From contig JBAYVZ010000003.1 of assembly GCA_041674285.1 (NCBI GenBank), positions 20,606-84,605 of the forward strand: 64,000 bases of DNA, in the 5' to 3' direction. Position 1 is the first letter of the stretch. Every line of letters starts with the position of its first letter. Position numbers and translations under genes: made by a program. This document shows, piece by piece, positions 8,577 to 17,451 of this stretch. Origin of the DNA: Minisyncoccota bacterium. GTDB lineage: Bacteria > Patescibacteriota > Minisyncoccia > Phycocordibacterales > UBA9973. A model generated the notes under the pieces. The model was not told the DNA's origin. It searched no databases and worked only from the letters and a program-made list of their open reading frames with translations.

Positions 8577-10070
8577 ATGACAAATACACCAAAACTAGCA
8601 GTATCTGGATACCGAGGTATCTGGGGAGATACACTAACAATAGACACAGCAAAAAAATACGCTCAATCTTTTGGACTATTCATAAAAGAATCAGGCCCAA
8701 GGCAAGGCCTTGGGCTGACTGTACTCGTAGGTCGCGATGGACGCGAGAGTGGACCTGCAATCAGAGATGCGATAATCCCAGTACTAGAGAGTATGGGTAT
8801 CGATGTTATAGACGGAGATGTCCTCCCTACCCCGACAGTACTCCTAGCTGTACGAGAGAATAAATATGACGGAGCGATCATCATCACAGCTAGTCACAAT
8901 CCTATCGAATACAATGGATTAAAATTCGTAACTGCGAGTGGATTCTTTACCGATGAATCTGAGGTTGAAAAAATTAAAAAGTATTTCAGTTCTCCTCTTG
9001 AGGAGTACCCGCAGGGGGAGGTGGATGATTCCCGTCCACCTCGTCTTTTGAGTACAGAGTCCATCCTTACAGGATCGGTACACCTTTCGCATCTGAGTAC
9101 AGAAGCTCAAGGTCTTGCAGTTGGGTCCCTGTCCCAACTTCACCCTCAAGATGGGAATAAAATTCAGAGCGAGCTGATTAAAATGCACTCAGATAAAATC
9201 CTCTCCCACATAGATGTAGAGCTTATCAAATCTAAAAATTTCAAAGTCGCAGTGGATATGACCAATGGTGCTGCATCTGTGATGGACCCATATCTATTCG
9301 AGCAATTAGACATAGAACTGATACCGATAAATAATGTGGCGGATGGAAAATTCACACACAAACCAGAACCACTAAAACAAAATCTCGGTGAGATTGAAAA
9401 ACTAGTACTCGATAGTGGTGCTGACATAGGATTTGCTCAGGACCCAGATGCAGACAGACTCGTAGTTATAAATGAAAAAGGAGAAATGATATCTGAGGAA
9501 TACACGATAGCCCTCGCAGTAGAGGCAGTACTGTCGGTCGGTGATCATGATGGAGGTACTGTAGTAGTGAACATGTCTACATCACAGATGAATGCAGATA
9601 TTGCAGAAAAATACGGATCAAAATGTATCCGATCAAAAGTCGGAGAAGCAAATGTAGTCGGAGAGATGATAAAGAACAATTCAATTATCGGTGGTGAAGG
9701 AGGCGGAGGAGCTATCTACCCTACTATGAATTTTGCACGTGATAGTTTCTCAACTCTAGCACTCATACTAGAAATACTCGCAAAGAGAAATCTAAAAGTT
9801 TCTGAACTAGTAGATACACTACCTACATACTTTATGAAAAAAGACAAAGTGGATGTATCAGGTAGTCTATCTGAGATGTACTCAAAATTAAAGACACATT
9901 TTTTAGAGGCACAGATAAATGAGCTAGATGGCATCCGATTAGACTTTGCAGATAGATCATGGATCCATCTACGCCCATCGAATACAGAGCCTATAATTCG
10001 CCTGTACGGTGAAGCTAATACTCCCGAAAAAATAGAAGAGCTTTTCAGCGAAACAAAGGCTCTATTCTAG
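8577..10070 (+). CDS. Phosphoglucosamine mutase / phosphomannomutase (alpha-D-phosphohexomutase) with two in-frame palindromic insertions
   Basis: TASHNP catalytic loop, DPDADR metal loop, GGEGGGG, RPSNTEP. Confidence 0.93.
   Translation: MTNTPKLAVSGYRGIWGDTLTIDTAKKYAQSFGLFIKESGPRQGLGLTVLVGRDGRESGPAIRDAIIPVLESMGIDVIDGDVLPTPTVLLAVRENKYDGAIIITASHNPIEYNGLKFVTASGFFTDESEVEKIKKYFSSPLEEYPQGEVDDSRPPRLLSTESILTGSVHLSHLSTEAQGLAVGSLSQLHPQDGNKIQSELIKMHSDKILSHIDVELIKSKNFKVAVDMTNGAASVMDPYLFEQLDIELIPINNVADGKFTHKPEPLKQNLGEIEKLVLDSGADIGFAQDPDADRLVVINEKGEMISEEYTIALAVEAVLSVGDHDGGTVVVNMSTSQMNADIAEKYGSKCIRSKVGEANVVGEMIKNNSIIGGEGGGGAIYPTMNFARDSFSTLALILEILAKRNLKVSELVDTLPTYFMKKDKVDVSGSLSEMYSKLKTHFLEAQINELDGIRLDFADRSWIHLRPSNTEPIIRLYGEANTPEKIEELFSETKALF
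8990..9157 (+). repeat. REP-like palindromic element inserted in-frame (168 bp)
   Basis: First ~75 nt match the reverse complement of intergenic 58791-58880; imperfect terminal IR. Confidence 0.85.
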
Positions 10071-10127
10071 ATAATTGGACAAAAAGACAAATATCGGTTA
10101 TTTTAAAAGAAAAACACATTTTAAAAT

Positions 10128-10607
10128 ATGAAGATAGATAACATAAAAGTAGCTATCTTTCATAGAAAAGATACTACAGAAATACAAGCAGAGATGCATA
10201 GTGAAAATTCCTATAATCTGGGCAAAAAAGAAATCGATGATAATTTTAGAATAGAGTTCGAATCTATGTCAAATCAAAAATTCCTAATTTTCCACGAAAA
10301 CAAAAATGGACACTATGAAAATCTTGAAGAAGAAATCGATAGTAAAATTTTAACAAAAATTTCAATCCACAGAAAATTAATTCTAGTGATAATAAAATCT
10401 GGAGGTATGGCCAACCAATACGAACTGGAAATAAAACACGAAAATCACGAGAGTTTGTTTTGGTTTTCACACCCAAAACCAATTAAAATTTTCATGCATT
10501 CGAACGGGATTCCTGACTCTAAAGAAATAGATAGGAATAGAAACCATTTCTTTCTTCAAGCCATCTTTTCGATGATGGACGAAACAGAACTAACAAAAAT
10601 AAGCTAA
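10128..10607 (+). CDS. Hypothetical protein
   Basis: 159-aa ORF with its own AT-rich leader; no motif recognised. Confidence 0.6.
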   Translation: MKIDNIKVAIFHRKDTTEIQAEMHSENSYNLGKKEIDDNFRIEFESMSNQKFLIFHENKNGHYENLEEEIDSKILTKISIHRKLILVIIKSGGMANQYELEIKHENHESLFWFSHPKPIKIFMHSNGIPDSKEIDRNRNHFFLQAIFSMMDETELTKIS

Positions 10608-10634
10608 CACATGGAAATGTATTAGCTTATTTTT

Positions 10635-11399
10635 TTATTTAACACTCTTGATATCATGCTCCCCTATCTTTGTCCTCTTTATATGATATGCGAGAGATTT
10701 TACTCCTAGCACTTTTCCTAGTTCATGAGCAATAGTCCGCATATACGCACCAGACCCACAAGAGATCAAAATTTTTAATATAGGAAATTCAATTACTTCT
10801 GATTCACCGATAAAATGATCCCAGTCTTTTAATATCACTTCTTGACGGAAGTCGCCATCCACTGATGACACTACACTCTTTACATGCTTCAACAAATCAT
10901 CTTTTGAGATAGTCTTTTCTTCTAATATATCTATCTTTGAAATCTTTACTTTATGTTTTGGTATTTCAATCCCAGCCAAGCCTCCCTCTCGAGCGATCTG
11001 GAACAGTGGCTTGCCATCTACTGGCTTTGAGGAATATGGTGGATACTCCTGCTCAACCTCTCCGGTGAATTGTTTGAGGGCTTGATCTATCAGACTATTA
11101 TCAATCGTTGTCTTTGAAATTTCAACTCCCATCACCCTACCTAATAGATCGTAGGTATCCGTCTCGAAACCAAACAGTATAGACAATTCGTATTCTTTAT
11201 TTAAGTCCAAATATTTATCTTTTTCTTTACAGTCCTCTCCCACCAATACTAGCAACAAACCCTCCGCCACTGGATCTAGGCGCCCAGCATATGTCATAGG
11301 TAGTTTTTCCCATTCGGGGTGATTAAAACGAGCTTTTTCCATAGCCTCAAGCGGAGTCTCCCCTATTCTCTTGTATATGATTATCGGTCCGTATGTCAT
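10635..11399 (-). CDS. truB: tRNA pseudouridine synthase TruB-like
   Basis: YAGRLDPVAEGLL, TDTYD, PPYSS, CGSGAYMRTIA, RTKIG. Confidence 0.88.
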   Translation of the reverse strand: MTYGPIIIYKRIGETPLEAMEKARFNHPEWEKLPMTYAGRLDPVAEGLLLVLVGEDCKEKDKYLDLNKEYELSILFGFETDTYDLLGRVMGVEISKTTIDNSLIDQALKQFTGEVEQEYPPYSSKPVDGKPLFQIAREGGLAGIEIPKHKVKISKIDILEEKTISKDDLLKHVKSVVSSVDGDFRQEVILKDWDHFIGESEVIEFPILKILISCGSGAYMRTIAHELGKVLGVKSLAYHIKRTKIGEHDIKSVK

Positions 11400-11500
11400 C
11401 TTGCCATAATAACACAGATATGCTATTATCTGGTACAGGTATGTCCCTCCTTATTAAACCAACATTGTTGGAGGTAAAGGACGACAATCTATTATTTTAT

Positions 11501-12025
11501 ATTGATATTCACTTGAGAGAACGAATAAACAACCAAATACGAGCATCCGAACTACGTGTACTATCTAGTACGGGTGAAAACATAGGTGTTTTACCTTTTA
11601 AAGAGGCGCTTTCAATGGCCGAAAAAGAAGGTTTGGATTTGATAGAGATATCGCCCAATGCAGTTCCACCAATAGCAAAGATAATGGATTTTGGTAAATA
11701 CCAATACGAGCAGAGCAAAAAGCAAAAAAAAGCAAAACAAGGTGCAAAAGCATCTGAAACAAAGTCTATCCAGATCAAGATCGCTACAGGAGACAATGAC
11801 CTAGCTTTAAAAGCTCGCAAAGCTTCGGAATGGTTAAAAGAAGGCCACCGTATAAAAGTAGAACTATTCCTGTCTGGAAGAGCAAAGTATATGAATGATA
11901 CTTTCCTAAAAGAAAGACTAGATAGAGTACTTCATTTGATTACAGAAAATTATAAGGTTGCTGAAAATTATAAGAAAGGTCCTAAAGGTCCAACTATCAC
12001 GATAGAAAGAGATAGTAAAAAATAA
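11501..12025 (+). CDS. infC: Translation initiation factor IF-3 (probable ATT or TTG start at 11501/11507/11513)
   Basis: RINNQIRA, LDLIEISPNAVPPIAKIMDFGKY; infC-rpmI-rplT order. Confidence 0.95.
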   Translation: MDIHLRERINNQIRASELRVLSSTGENIGVLPFKEALSMAEKEGLDLIEISPNAVPPIAKIMDFGKYQYEQSKKQKKAKQGAKASETKSIQIKIATGDNDLALKARKASEWLKEGHRIKVELFLSGRAKYMNDTFLKERLDRVLHLITENYKVAENYKKGPKGPTITIERDSKK

Positions 12026-12031
12026 AATTGT

Positions 12032-12223
12032 ATGAGTATAAAAACAAATAAATCATTAACAAAGCGTTTGAAGGTTACAAAGAATGGCAAGATCCTATCA
12101 CGTGCACCAGGATTCAACCACTTCAACAGTAAGCAATCTCGCACAAAACAGCTTGCTGGGAAAAAGATGCAGAATCTTAATCTTACAAACAAAATTACAA
12201 GAACATATTTGCCTAACGCGTAA
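12032..12223 (+). CDS. rpmI: 50S ribosomal protein L35
   Basis: KTNKSLTKRLKVTKNGK; synteny. Confidence 0.92.
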   Translation: MSIKTNKSLTKRLKVTKNGKILSRAPGFNHFNSKQSRTKQLAGKKMQNLNLTNKITRTYLPNA

Positions 12224-12253
12224 GACAATATACTAATTTACTAAAATACATAT

Positions 12254-12601
12254 ATGACAAGAGTTAAAAGAGGTACAATTAAAAACAAGCGTCGAAAGAA
12301 TATCCTTTCACAGACAAAAGGATTCCGCTTTGGACGCAGTACAAAAGAAGCTGCAGCAAAGGATGCATTGATGCACGCAGGAGCATACTCATTTGCCCAC
12401 AGAAAAGACAAAAAGGGTGATGCACGCCGTCTATGGCAAGTAAGAATCTCTGCCGCAACTGTAAAACTAGGTATGTCTTACAGTAAGTTTATGGGAGCTC
12501 TAAAGAAAAAGGATATAAAGCTTGATCGCAAGATCCTAGCAGACCTAGCAAGAAAGAACCCAGAGACATTCGCAAGAGTATACGCAACAGCAACAAAATA
12601 A
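12254..12601 (+). CDS. rplT: 50S ribosomal protein L20
   Basis: MTRVKRG, RRLWQVRI, LDRKILADLA. Confidence 0.97.
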   Translation: MTRVKRGTIKNKRRKNILSQTKGFRFGRSTKEAAAKDALMHAGAYSFAHRKDKKGDARRLWQVRISAATVKLGMSYSKFMGALKKKDIKLDRKILADLARKNPETFARVYATATK

Positions 12602-12654
12602 ACCATACAAATAAAAAATCTTACAGGTCTTGCCTGTAAGATTTTTTATTTGTA

Positions 12655-14028
12655 TTAGCATTCTAGTATCACACTATCCCCCGCCATAGGAGTCTCGACA
12701 TTTATATCGAGATTATCCTTTAGTTTTTGAGCTAAGAACATAGCTGCCTTTGGCTCACCCATAACTACAAAAACTTTCTTTACAGTGCTAGCTGTGTCTG
12801 AGACGAATTCAAGCAGGTGGTCGGAATCTTTGTGTCCAGAGTATCCTGTAATCTTTTCCATACGGGCTGCAACCTTTACATCTTGACCTTGTATCCGGAT
12901 TATCTTGTGACCCTCCTCTATAGAGCGACCCAGAGTACCTACAGCCTGATAACCGATCAGGAGCAGTGTATTCTTTGGGTCAGGCAAATAATTCTTCTCG
13001 TGATGAATTATTCTACCCCCATTACTCATACCGGACCCTGCTATGATAATCTTGGGATTTGGAGATCGTAGTATTGCCTTGGATTCTTCTGTATCTGGTG
13101 TGATTTTGAGCCCCGGGAAATTAAATATATCATCTCCACCCATAATCACTTTGCGGGCAGTCTCATTGAAGTACTTTTCATACTTTTTATAAATCTTGGT
13201 CAGAGTGATGGCCAGTGGTGAATCCAAGTATATAGGCATCACTGGTATCTCCTTTTTCTCAACAAAAAGATCTATCTCGTACATCAACTCTTGGGTCCTT
13301 TCTAGGGAGAATGATGGTATCATAAGAACTCCGCCCCTTTTGTAATTGTCCAATATAATTTGCTTTAATCTATCAGATCTAACCTCTCTATCCTCATGAT
13401 TTCTATCTCCATATACAGACTCCATAATCATGTAATCTGCATCTGTAATCTTTTCAGTATCTCGTAGTAGTGGAGACGGAGAATTACCTAGGTCACCAGT
13501 GAATACTATCTTCTTTCCGTTGTATACTACCTCGAGCATTCCAGATCCGAGGATATGCCCAGAATCCTTGTATGAGAATTGGAAGCCATGATCCACATTC
13601 ATAATTTGATGGTAATCGAGTACCTCCCATAGGGCCATCGCTTTTTTTGTATTCTCCATGATGTATATCAAGTCTAGGTGATGTATGACATCGTGAGAAA
13701 GTAGATGGTCTGTATCCTCGAGCATTGCCTCGGTAATATCACGAGTAGGTATAGTAGATACTATTTTACCCTGGAATCCTTCGTGGATGAGCTTTGGTAT
13801 AAGACCGATATGATCGATGTGCCCATGTGTAATAAAAAGTATATCAATCTCTTTTGGATCATAAGGAAATGCATCCCAGTTATTCTGATCAGCAGAGAGA
13901 GTCCCCTGCTCTAACCCACAATCAATCAAAAACTTCTTGCCATTGCCCTCTAATAAAAAATTTGCCCCCGTTACTGTACCTGTACCACCACAGAAAGTAA
14001 GCTTGAGATTTGTATCTTTTTGTTCCAT
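12655..14028 (-). CDS. MBL-fold beta-CASP ribonuclease (YSH1-like)
   Basis: THGHIDH, GHILGS, FTGDLG, MESVYG, SGMSNGGR, YSGHKD. Confidence 0.93.
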   Translation of the reverse strand: MEQKDTNLKLTFCGGTGTVTGANFLLEGNGKKFLIDCGLEQGTLSADQNNWDAFPYDPKEIDILFITHGHIDHIGLIPKLIHEGFQGKIVSTIPTRDITEAMLEDTDHLLSHDVIHHLDLIYIMENTKKAMALWEVLDYHQIMNVDHGFQFSYKDSGHILGSGMLEVVYNGKKIVFTGDLGNSPSPLLRDTEKITDADYMIMESVYGDRNHEDREVRSDRLKQIILDNYKRGGVLMIPSFSLERTQELMYEIDLFVEKKEIPVMPIYLDSPLAITLTKIYKKYEKYFNETARKVIMGGDDIFNFPGLKITPDTEESKAILRSPNPKIIIAGSGMSNGGRIIHHEKNYLPDPKNTLLLIGYQAVGTLGRSIEEGHKIIRIQGQDVKVAARMEKITGYSGHKDSDHLLEFVSDTASTVKKVFVVMGEPKAAMFLAQKLKDNLDINVETPMAGDSVILEC

Positions 14029-14147
14029 CCCGTTAGAAGTAGATAATCTTTAGATTATCGTACTTAAATTAAATAATAAAATCAAAATATCACGAATATC
14101 TTAATATAACTCCCGTAGCCAGAACAACATATGTGACTTCTAACGGG
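14029..14147 (-). repeat. Start-codon-abutting inverted-repeat element, copy 2 (119 bp)
   Basis: IR CCCGTTAGAAGT/ACTTCTAACGGG; ATGGAA on both sides; bulged hairpin. Confidence 0.9.
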
Positions 14148-14190
14148 ATTCCATTCTTATATTATATCTGAGAGTAAAAATATTTACTAA

Positions 14191-14574
14191 TTACCAGTAG
14201 CGCATGAATACTAGGGCGCAGATAGCGCCAGTAGTATCCCAGAATATATCAGCAGATGTATCTACTATATCCCATGGCACCCCTGCTATTATATTGTTAA
14301 ATATATATTCAAATACCTCCCACAGTAAACCCACGAGTATAGCCCCAAATATCAATAGTATAATCTTGCGATAGAATAAAAAATCGAACTGTATCTTTTC
14401 ATAAAAAAAGTATGTCAATAAAAGTAAGGTAGTGAATCCTCCAACAAAATGCATAGGCATATCGAACCACCAGATAGCTTGATACCAGAAAAACTTCATA
14501 GACAAAATATTGATAATTGCCAATAAAGAAAACAGAATTGCTGTATATTTGATTATTCTCTTGCGTGTCATCAT
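14191..14574 (-). CDS. Membrane protein (DUF2238/VanZ-like, D..MH...WE..E...DT..D)
   Basis: WWFDMPMHFVGG, LLWEVFE, DTSADIFWD; start at MMTRKR. Confidence 0.7.
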   Translation of the reverse strand: MMTRKRIIKYTAILFSLLAIINILSMKFFWYQAIWWFDMPMHFVGGFTTLLLLTYFFYEKIQFDFLFYRKIILLIFGAILVGLLWEVFEYIFNNIIAGVPWDIVDTSADIFWDTTGAICALVFMRYW

Positions 14575-14640
14575 ATATAAAGTGTAGCAAATATAAATAT
14601 AAATGAAAAATCCCCTCCATTTCTGAAGAGGATTACTCAT

Positions 14641-14800
14641 TAGGGCTATCAAAGACATATTACCGTAGCTATAAACTACGTGGGACAAGAGAATTTTACA
14701 AATTTGTTCGCAATATATAATTTAAAGCGTACAGTTTTGCAAGATTACACCGGTGTCCCCTATGTAATGTGTTCTAGGTAATATTTCATCAATAACCCTA
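14641..14800 (-). ncRNA. ssrS: Probable 6S RNA
   Basis: Promoter TTGCGA-16-TATAAT; closing stem TAGGGTTATTGA..ATATTACC / GGTAATAT..TTGATAGCCCTA; central bubble; inner stem GGGACA/TGTCCC; terminator at ~14606-14634. Confidence 0.6.
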
Positions 14801-14900
14801 CATCTATTATACCGGACACAGGAACTGTCGCAAGTATTTTTTCGATACATCACAGTTTTGACACACATTGCAAATAGTATTTATAGAAAAAATCAAGTTT

Positions 14901-14970
14901 ACCCCGTAATAATTTTTGTGATTACTCATATTTACCACTGAAAGTTATATTTAAAAATTTAGTATGGGGT
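14901..14970. repeat. 70-bp element with imperfect terminal IR ACCCCGTAATAATTTTT / AAAAATTTAGTATGGGGT
   Basis: Direct reading of the sequence. Confidence 0.55.
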
Positions 14971-14978
14971 TGATGAAA

Positions 14979-15620
14979 CTAAAATTCAATTTTTTTCAAT
15001 TCTTCAAAATATTTTTCAATTGATTCATCAGTTATGTCTTCTGGATTTATTCTTAAATGAGAAAAAAGTTCTTTCTCAACCTCTCTTATACAATCATAGA
15101 GCATATCTCGATCAGAATCTGTGGTGTGACTAGTATCTGCATATCTTTTATTTGCATCCATCAGTCTTTCTTCGAGGGATTTCACTCCAAATGGTGCCAC
15201 CCTACTATCCGCATAGCTTGCTATCTTGTGCTCCCAGGAACCCTCATCTTTTGCAAGGCACCAATTATGAAAACCTACGGCATCCACGATACCCAGTATG
15301 TCTTTGGATACACCTATATCACCAGCTACACCCATATTTGCCTCGTGTTCTTCAGGGCCATACTTTTCTATATATTGCTTTTGAATATTTTCCCAGTATT
15401 CTACATCTTCACCTTCGAGCAATTCAGGGAACGCTCTTAGTCGGAATTTAACAATATTGCCGATATCATGGAGCATACAACCAATAGCTAAATCTTTTCT
15501 ATTCAATTCAACATTAAAATTATCACATATTTGCATAGCAACAGCCGCCACACGCAACTGGTGCAACTGCAGATTCGGCATTGTATGATATTCCCCGTAT
15601 ATATCCCCTATTGTTCTCAT
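14979..15620 (-). CDS. HD-domain phosphohydrolase
   Basis: HQLRVA...MLHDIGN...EH...YADSR. Confidence 0.85.
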   Translation of the reverse strand: MRTIGDIYGEYHTMPNLQLHQLRVAAVAMQICDNFNVELNRKDLAIGCMLHDIGNIVKFRLRAFPELLEGEDVEYWENIQKQYIEKYGPEEHEANMGVAGDIGVSKDILGIVDAVGFHNWCLAKDEGSWEHKIASYADSRVAPFGVKSLEERLMDANKRYADTSHTTDSDRDMLYDCIREVEKELFSHLRINPEDITDESIEKYFEELKKIEF

Positions 15621-15631
15621 ATAAAATTATT

Positions 15632-16171
15632 TTAAAACCTCATTTCTGACCAATTTAATTTGTATTTATTTTCAATCAAAGTCCTCTCGCCGTCATTCCA
15701 AGTCTCGTGACTTTCTAGTCCCAGCATTGTAATCATCTTATTTATTTCATCAACACTACCTGCCTCGATCTCCAGATATGATGGCATCCTCGGATATGTA
15801 TCAAAATCAAATTGAACATTATCTAAAGTCCAAGATACTCTATTCTTCTCTTGATGAGCATATGACACGAGGCCGAGCTCGATGAACATATCCTGCATCT
15901 TTTCATGACTATCTACTATCACATTTATCTCTTTGTGCTTACGAGCAACTCCGATCAAATCTGATTTTGCTTTCCATGTGACCTCTACCTTACCTGTACT
16001 ATATGAGCGAATACGTAAGAACCAAGGATTATCATCCTTTGAGACATTGGCAAAACTAAACCAGTCCACAACTAGGCCCACCTCTTGAATCTGCTTTGCT
16101 CCCATTGCTTCAAGCTTTTCCTTTAATATTTTTCCATCTACTTCTAAAACTTTTGTTTCTATTTCATGCAT
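15632..16171 (-). CDS. CYTH-domain protein (class IV adenylate cyclase/triphosphatase-like)
   Basis: EIETK, LRIR, EKNR, YLEIE. Confidence 0.88.
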   Translation of the reverse strand: MHEIETKVLEVDGKILKEKLEAMGAKQIQEVGLVVDWFSFANVSKDDNPWFLRIRSYSTGKVEVTWKAKSDLIGVARKHKEINVIVDSHEKMQDMFIELGLVSYAHQEKNRVSWTLDNVQFDFDTYPRMPSYLEIEAGSVDEINKMITMLGLESHETWNDGERTLIENKYKLNWSEMRF

Positions 16172-16175
16172 AAAT

Positions 16176-16823
16176 TTATTTAATTAATTTTCTAGCTTCT
16201 TCTTCTACCAGACTTGCAAATTCTTTAATTTTTGGATCATAGTCAGACCATTCGTGCATATAACTCATTGATTTATTGAAATTCTCCTCTGTCCAATTCT
16301 TAGATTCCCTCTTCCAGTCAATTATCTGCACTGTTGCCTCGATTTTATCTAAGGCATAAGCAAATCGCCCTTCTGCAGTTGAAAATTCTTTATTTGCCTT
16401 TGTATTAATATATTCCTTAAATAGATTTAAAAATTCTGAATATAACTCAGCGGGTAATTCTTTAAATATAATCTCAGCAGAAGATACTTCTCTTTTATAT
16501 TTTTCCTGAAATGCATCTTCATTGAAAGCATGCCCTCCCCCGCCTGAATGTGTTGCTACGGGGCTATAGTCTAAGGCTATGATTTCAACAATATCATGAA
16601 CAAGGATCATCTTTAAAACTTTTTCTAAAGATACTTTATCATTCAAATATGGAGCCAACATTACAGCCAGAATTGCCATTCTATATGAGTGCTCGGCTAC
16701 ACTATCCCAACGCTCTATGCCCTCATTCTCCCAACCAGGCATACCCTTGAAACGTAGCAAATGCTTTACCTTATATACTTCATGGGTGAAATTTAGAATT
16801 TTAATTAAATCATTATTTTCCAT
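16176..16823 (-). CDS. HD-domain protein (YfbR/HD_3-like 5'-nucleotidase)
   Basis: SVAEHSYRM, VHDIVE, ALDKIE. Confidence 0.85.
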   Translation of the reverse strand: MENNDLIKILNFTHEVYKVKHLLRFKGMPGWENEGIERWDSVAEHSYRMAILAVMLAPYLNDKVSLEKVLKMILVHDIVEIIALDYSPVATHSGGGGHAFNEDAFQEKYKREVSSAEIIFKELPAELYSEFLNLFKEYINTKANKEFSTAEGRFAYALDKIEATVQIIDWKRESKNWTEENFNKSMSYMHEWSDYDPKIKEFASLVEEEARKLIK

Positions 16824-16875
16824 ATTTTATTAATATAGCACAAAATCCGCCAGTGGCGGATTTTGTGCTAACTTT

Positions 16876-17388
16876 TTATTTCTTAGTCTGTGTAAATTTT
16901 TCGTGAGCTGTACTGTATGAGAATATTTCTGTCTCTGAGAACCAATGAGCTATTTCAAGAGCAGCTTCTTCTGGATCACCTGAAGCATGAATAAGGTTTG
17001 GAATACCAACTTCATTTGCATCTGCATGACCAAAACTCATATGAGAGTAGTCCCCGCGTACCGTACCAGGAAGTGCAGACTTTGGTTCTGTGGCACCTAC
17101 CATCTTGCGCAATAATGCAACAGCCTCAACTCCCTCTAGAACAAAAGCAATAACAGGACCTTCATTCATCATAGACAATGTGACATCAAAAGCTTTTTGA
17201 CCACGACGAGAAACCATCTTGCCTATATTTTCGTAGTGATGAAAAAAGTGATCATAGCTTGGTTGTAGCATCTTTGTAGCCACAATCTTTAATCCTACTT
17301 TTTCAAAGCGAGACAAAATTTCACCCACAATTCCACGCTGTACTGCATCTGGTTTAAAAACAATAAGAGAACGTTCTATAGTTGCCAT
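16876..17388 (-). CDS. ndk: Nucleoside-diphosphate kinase
   Basis: KPDAVQRG, PGTVRGD, NLIHASG. Confidence 0.96.
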   Translation of the reverse strand: MATIERSLIVFKPDAVQRGIVGEILSRFEKVGLKIVATKMLQPSYDHFFHHYENIGKMVSRRGQKAFDVTLSMMNEGPVIAFVLEGVEAVALLRKMVGATEPKSALPGTVRGDYSHMSFGHADANEVGIPNLIHASGDPEEAALEIAHWFSETEIFSYSTAHEKFTQTKK

Positions 17389-17451
17389 AATTTATATGTA
17401 AATATTACTCAATAATGGATTCATACTACCAGAAAAAGCCTTAAAAAACAA

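Noticed and set aside
14722-14868. 48-codon Cys-rich ORF (MCVKTVMY...)
   Set aside because: It runs across the promoter of the 6S-like unit; the long-range pairing explains the region better.
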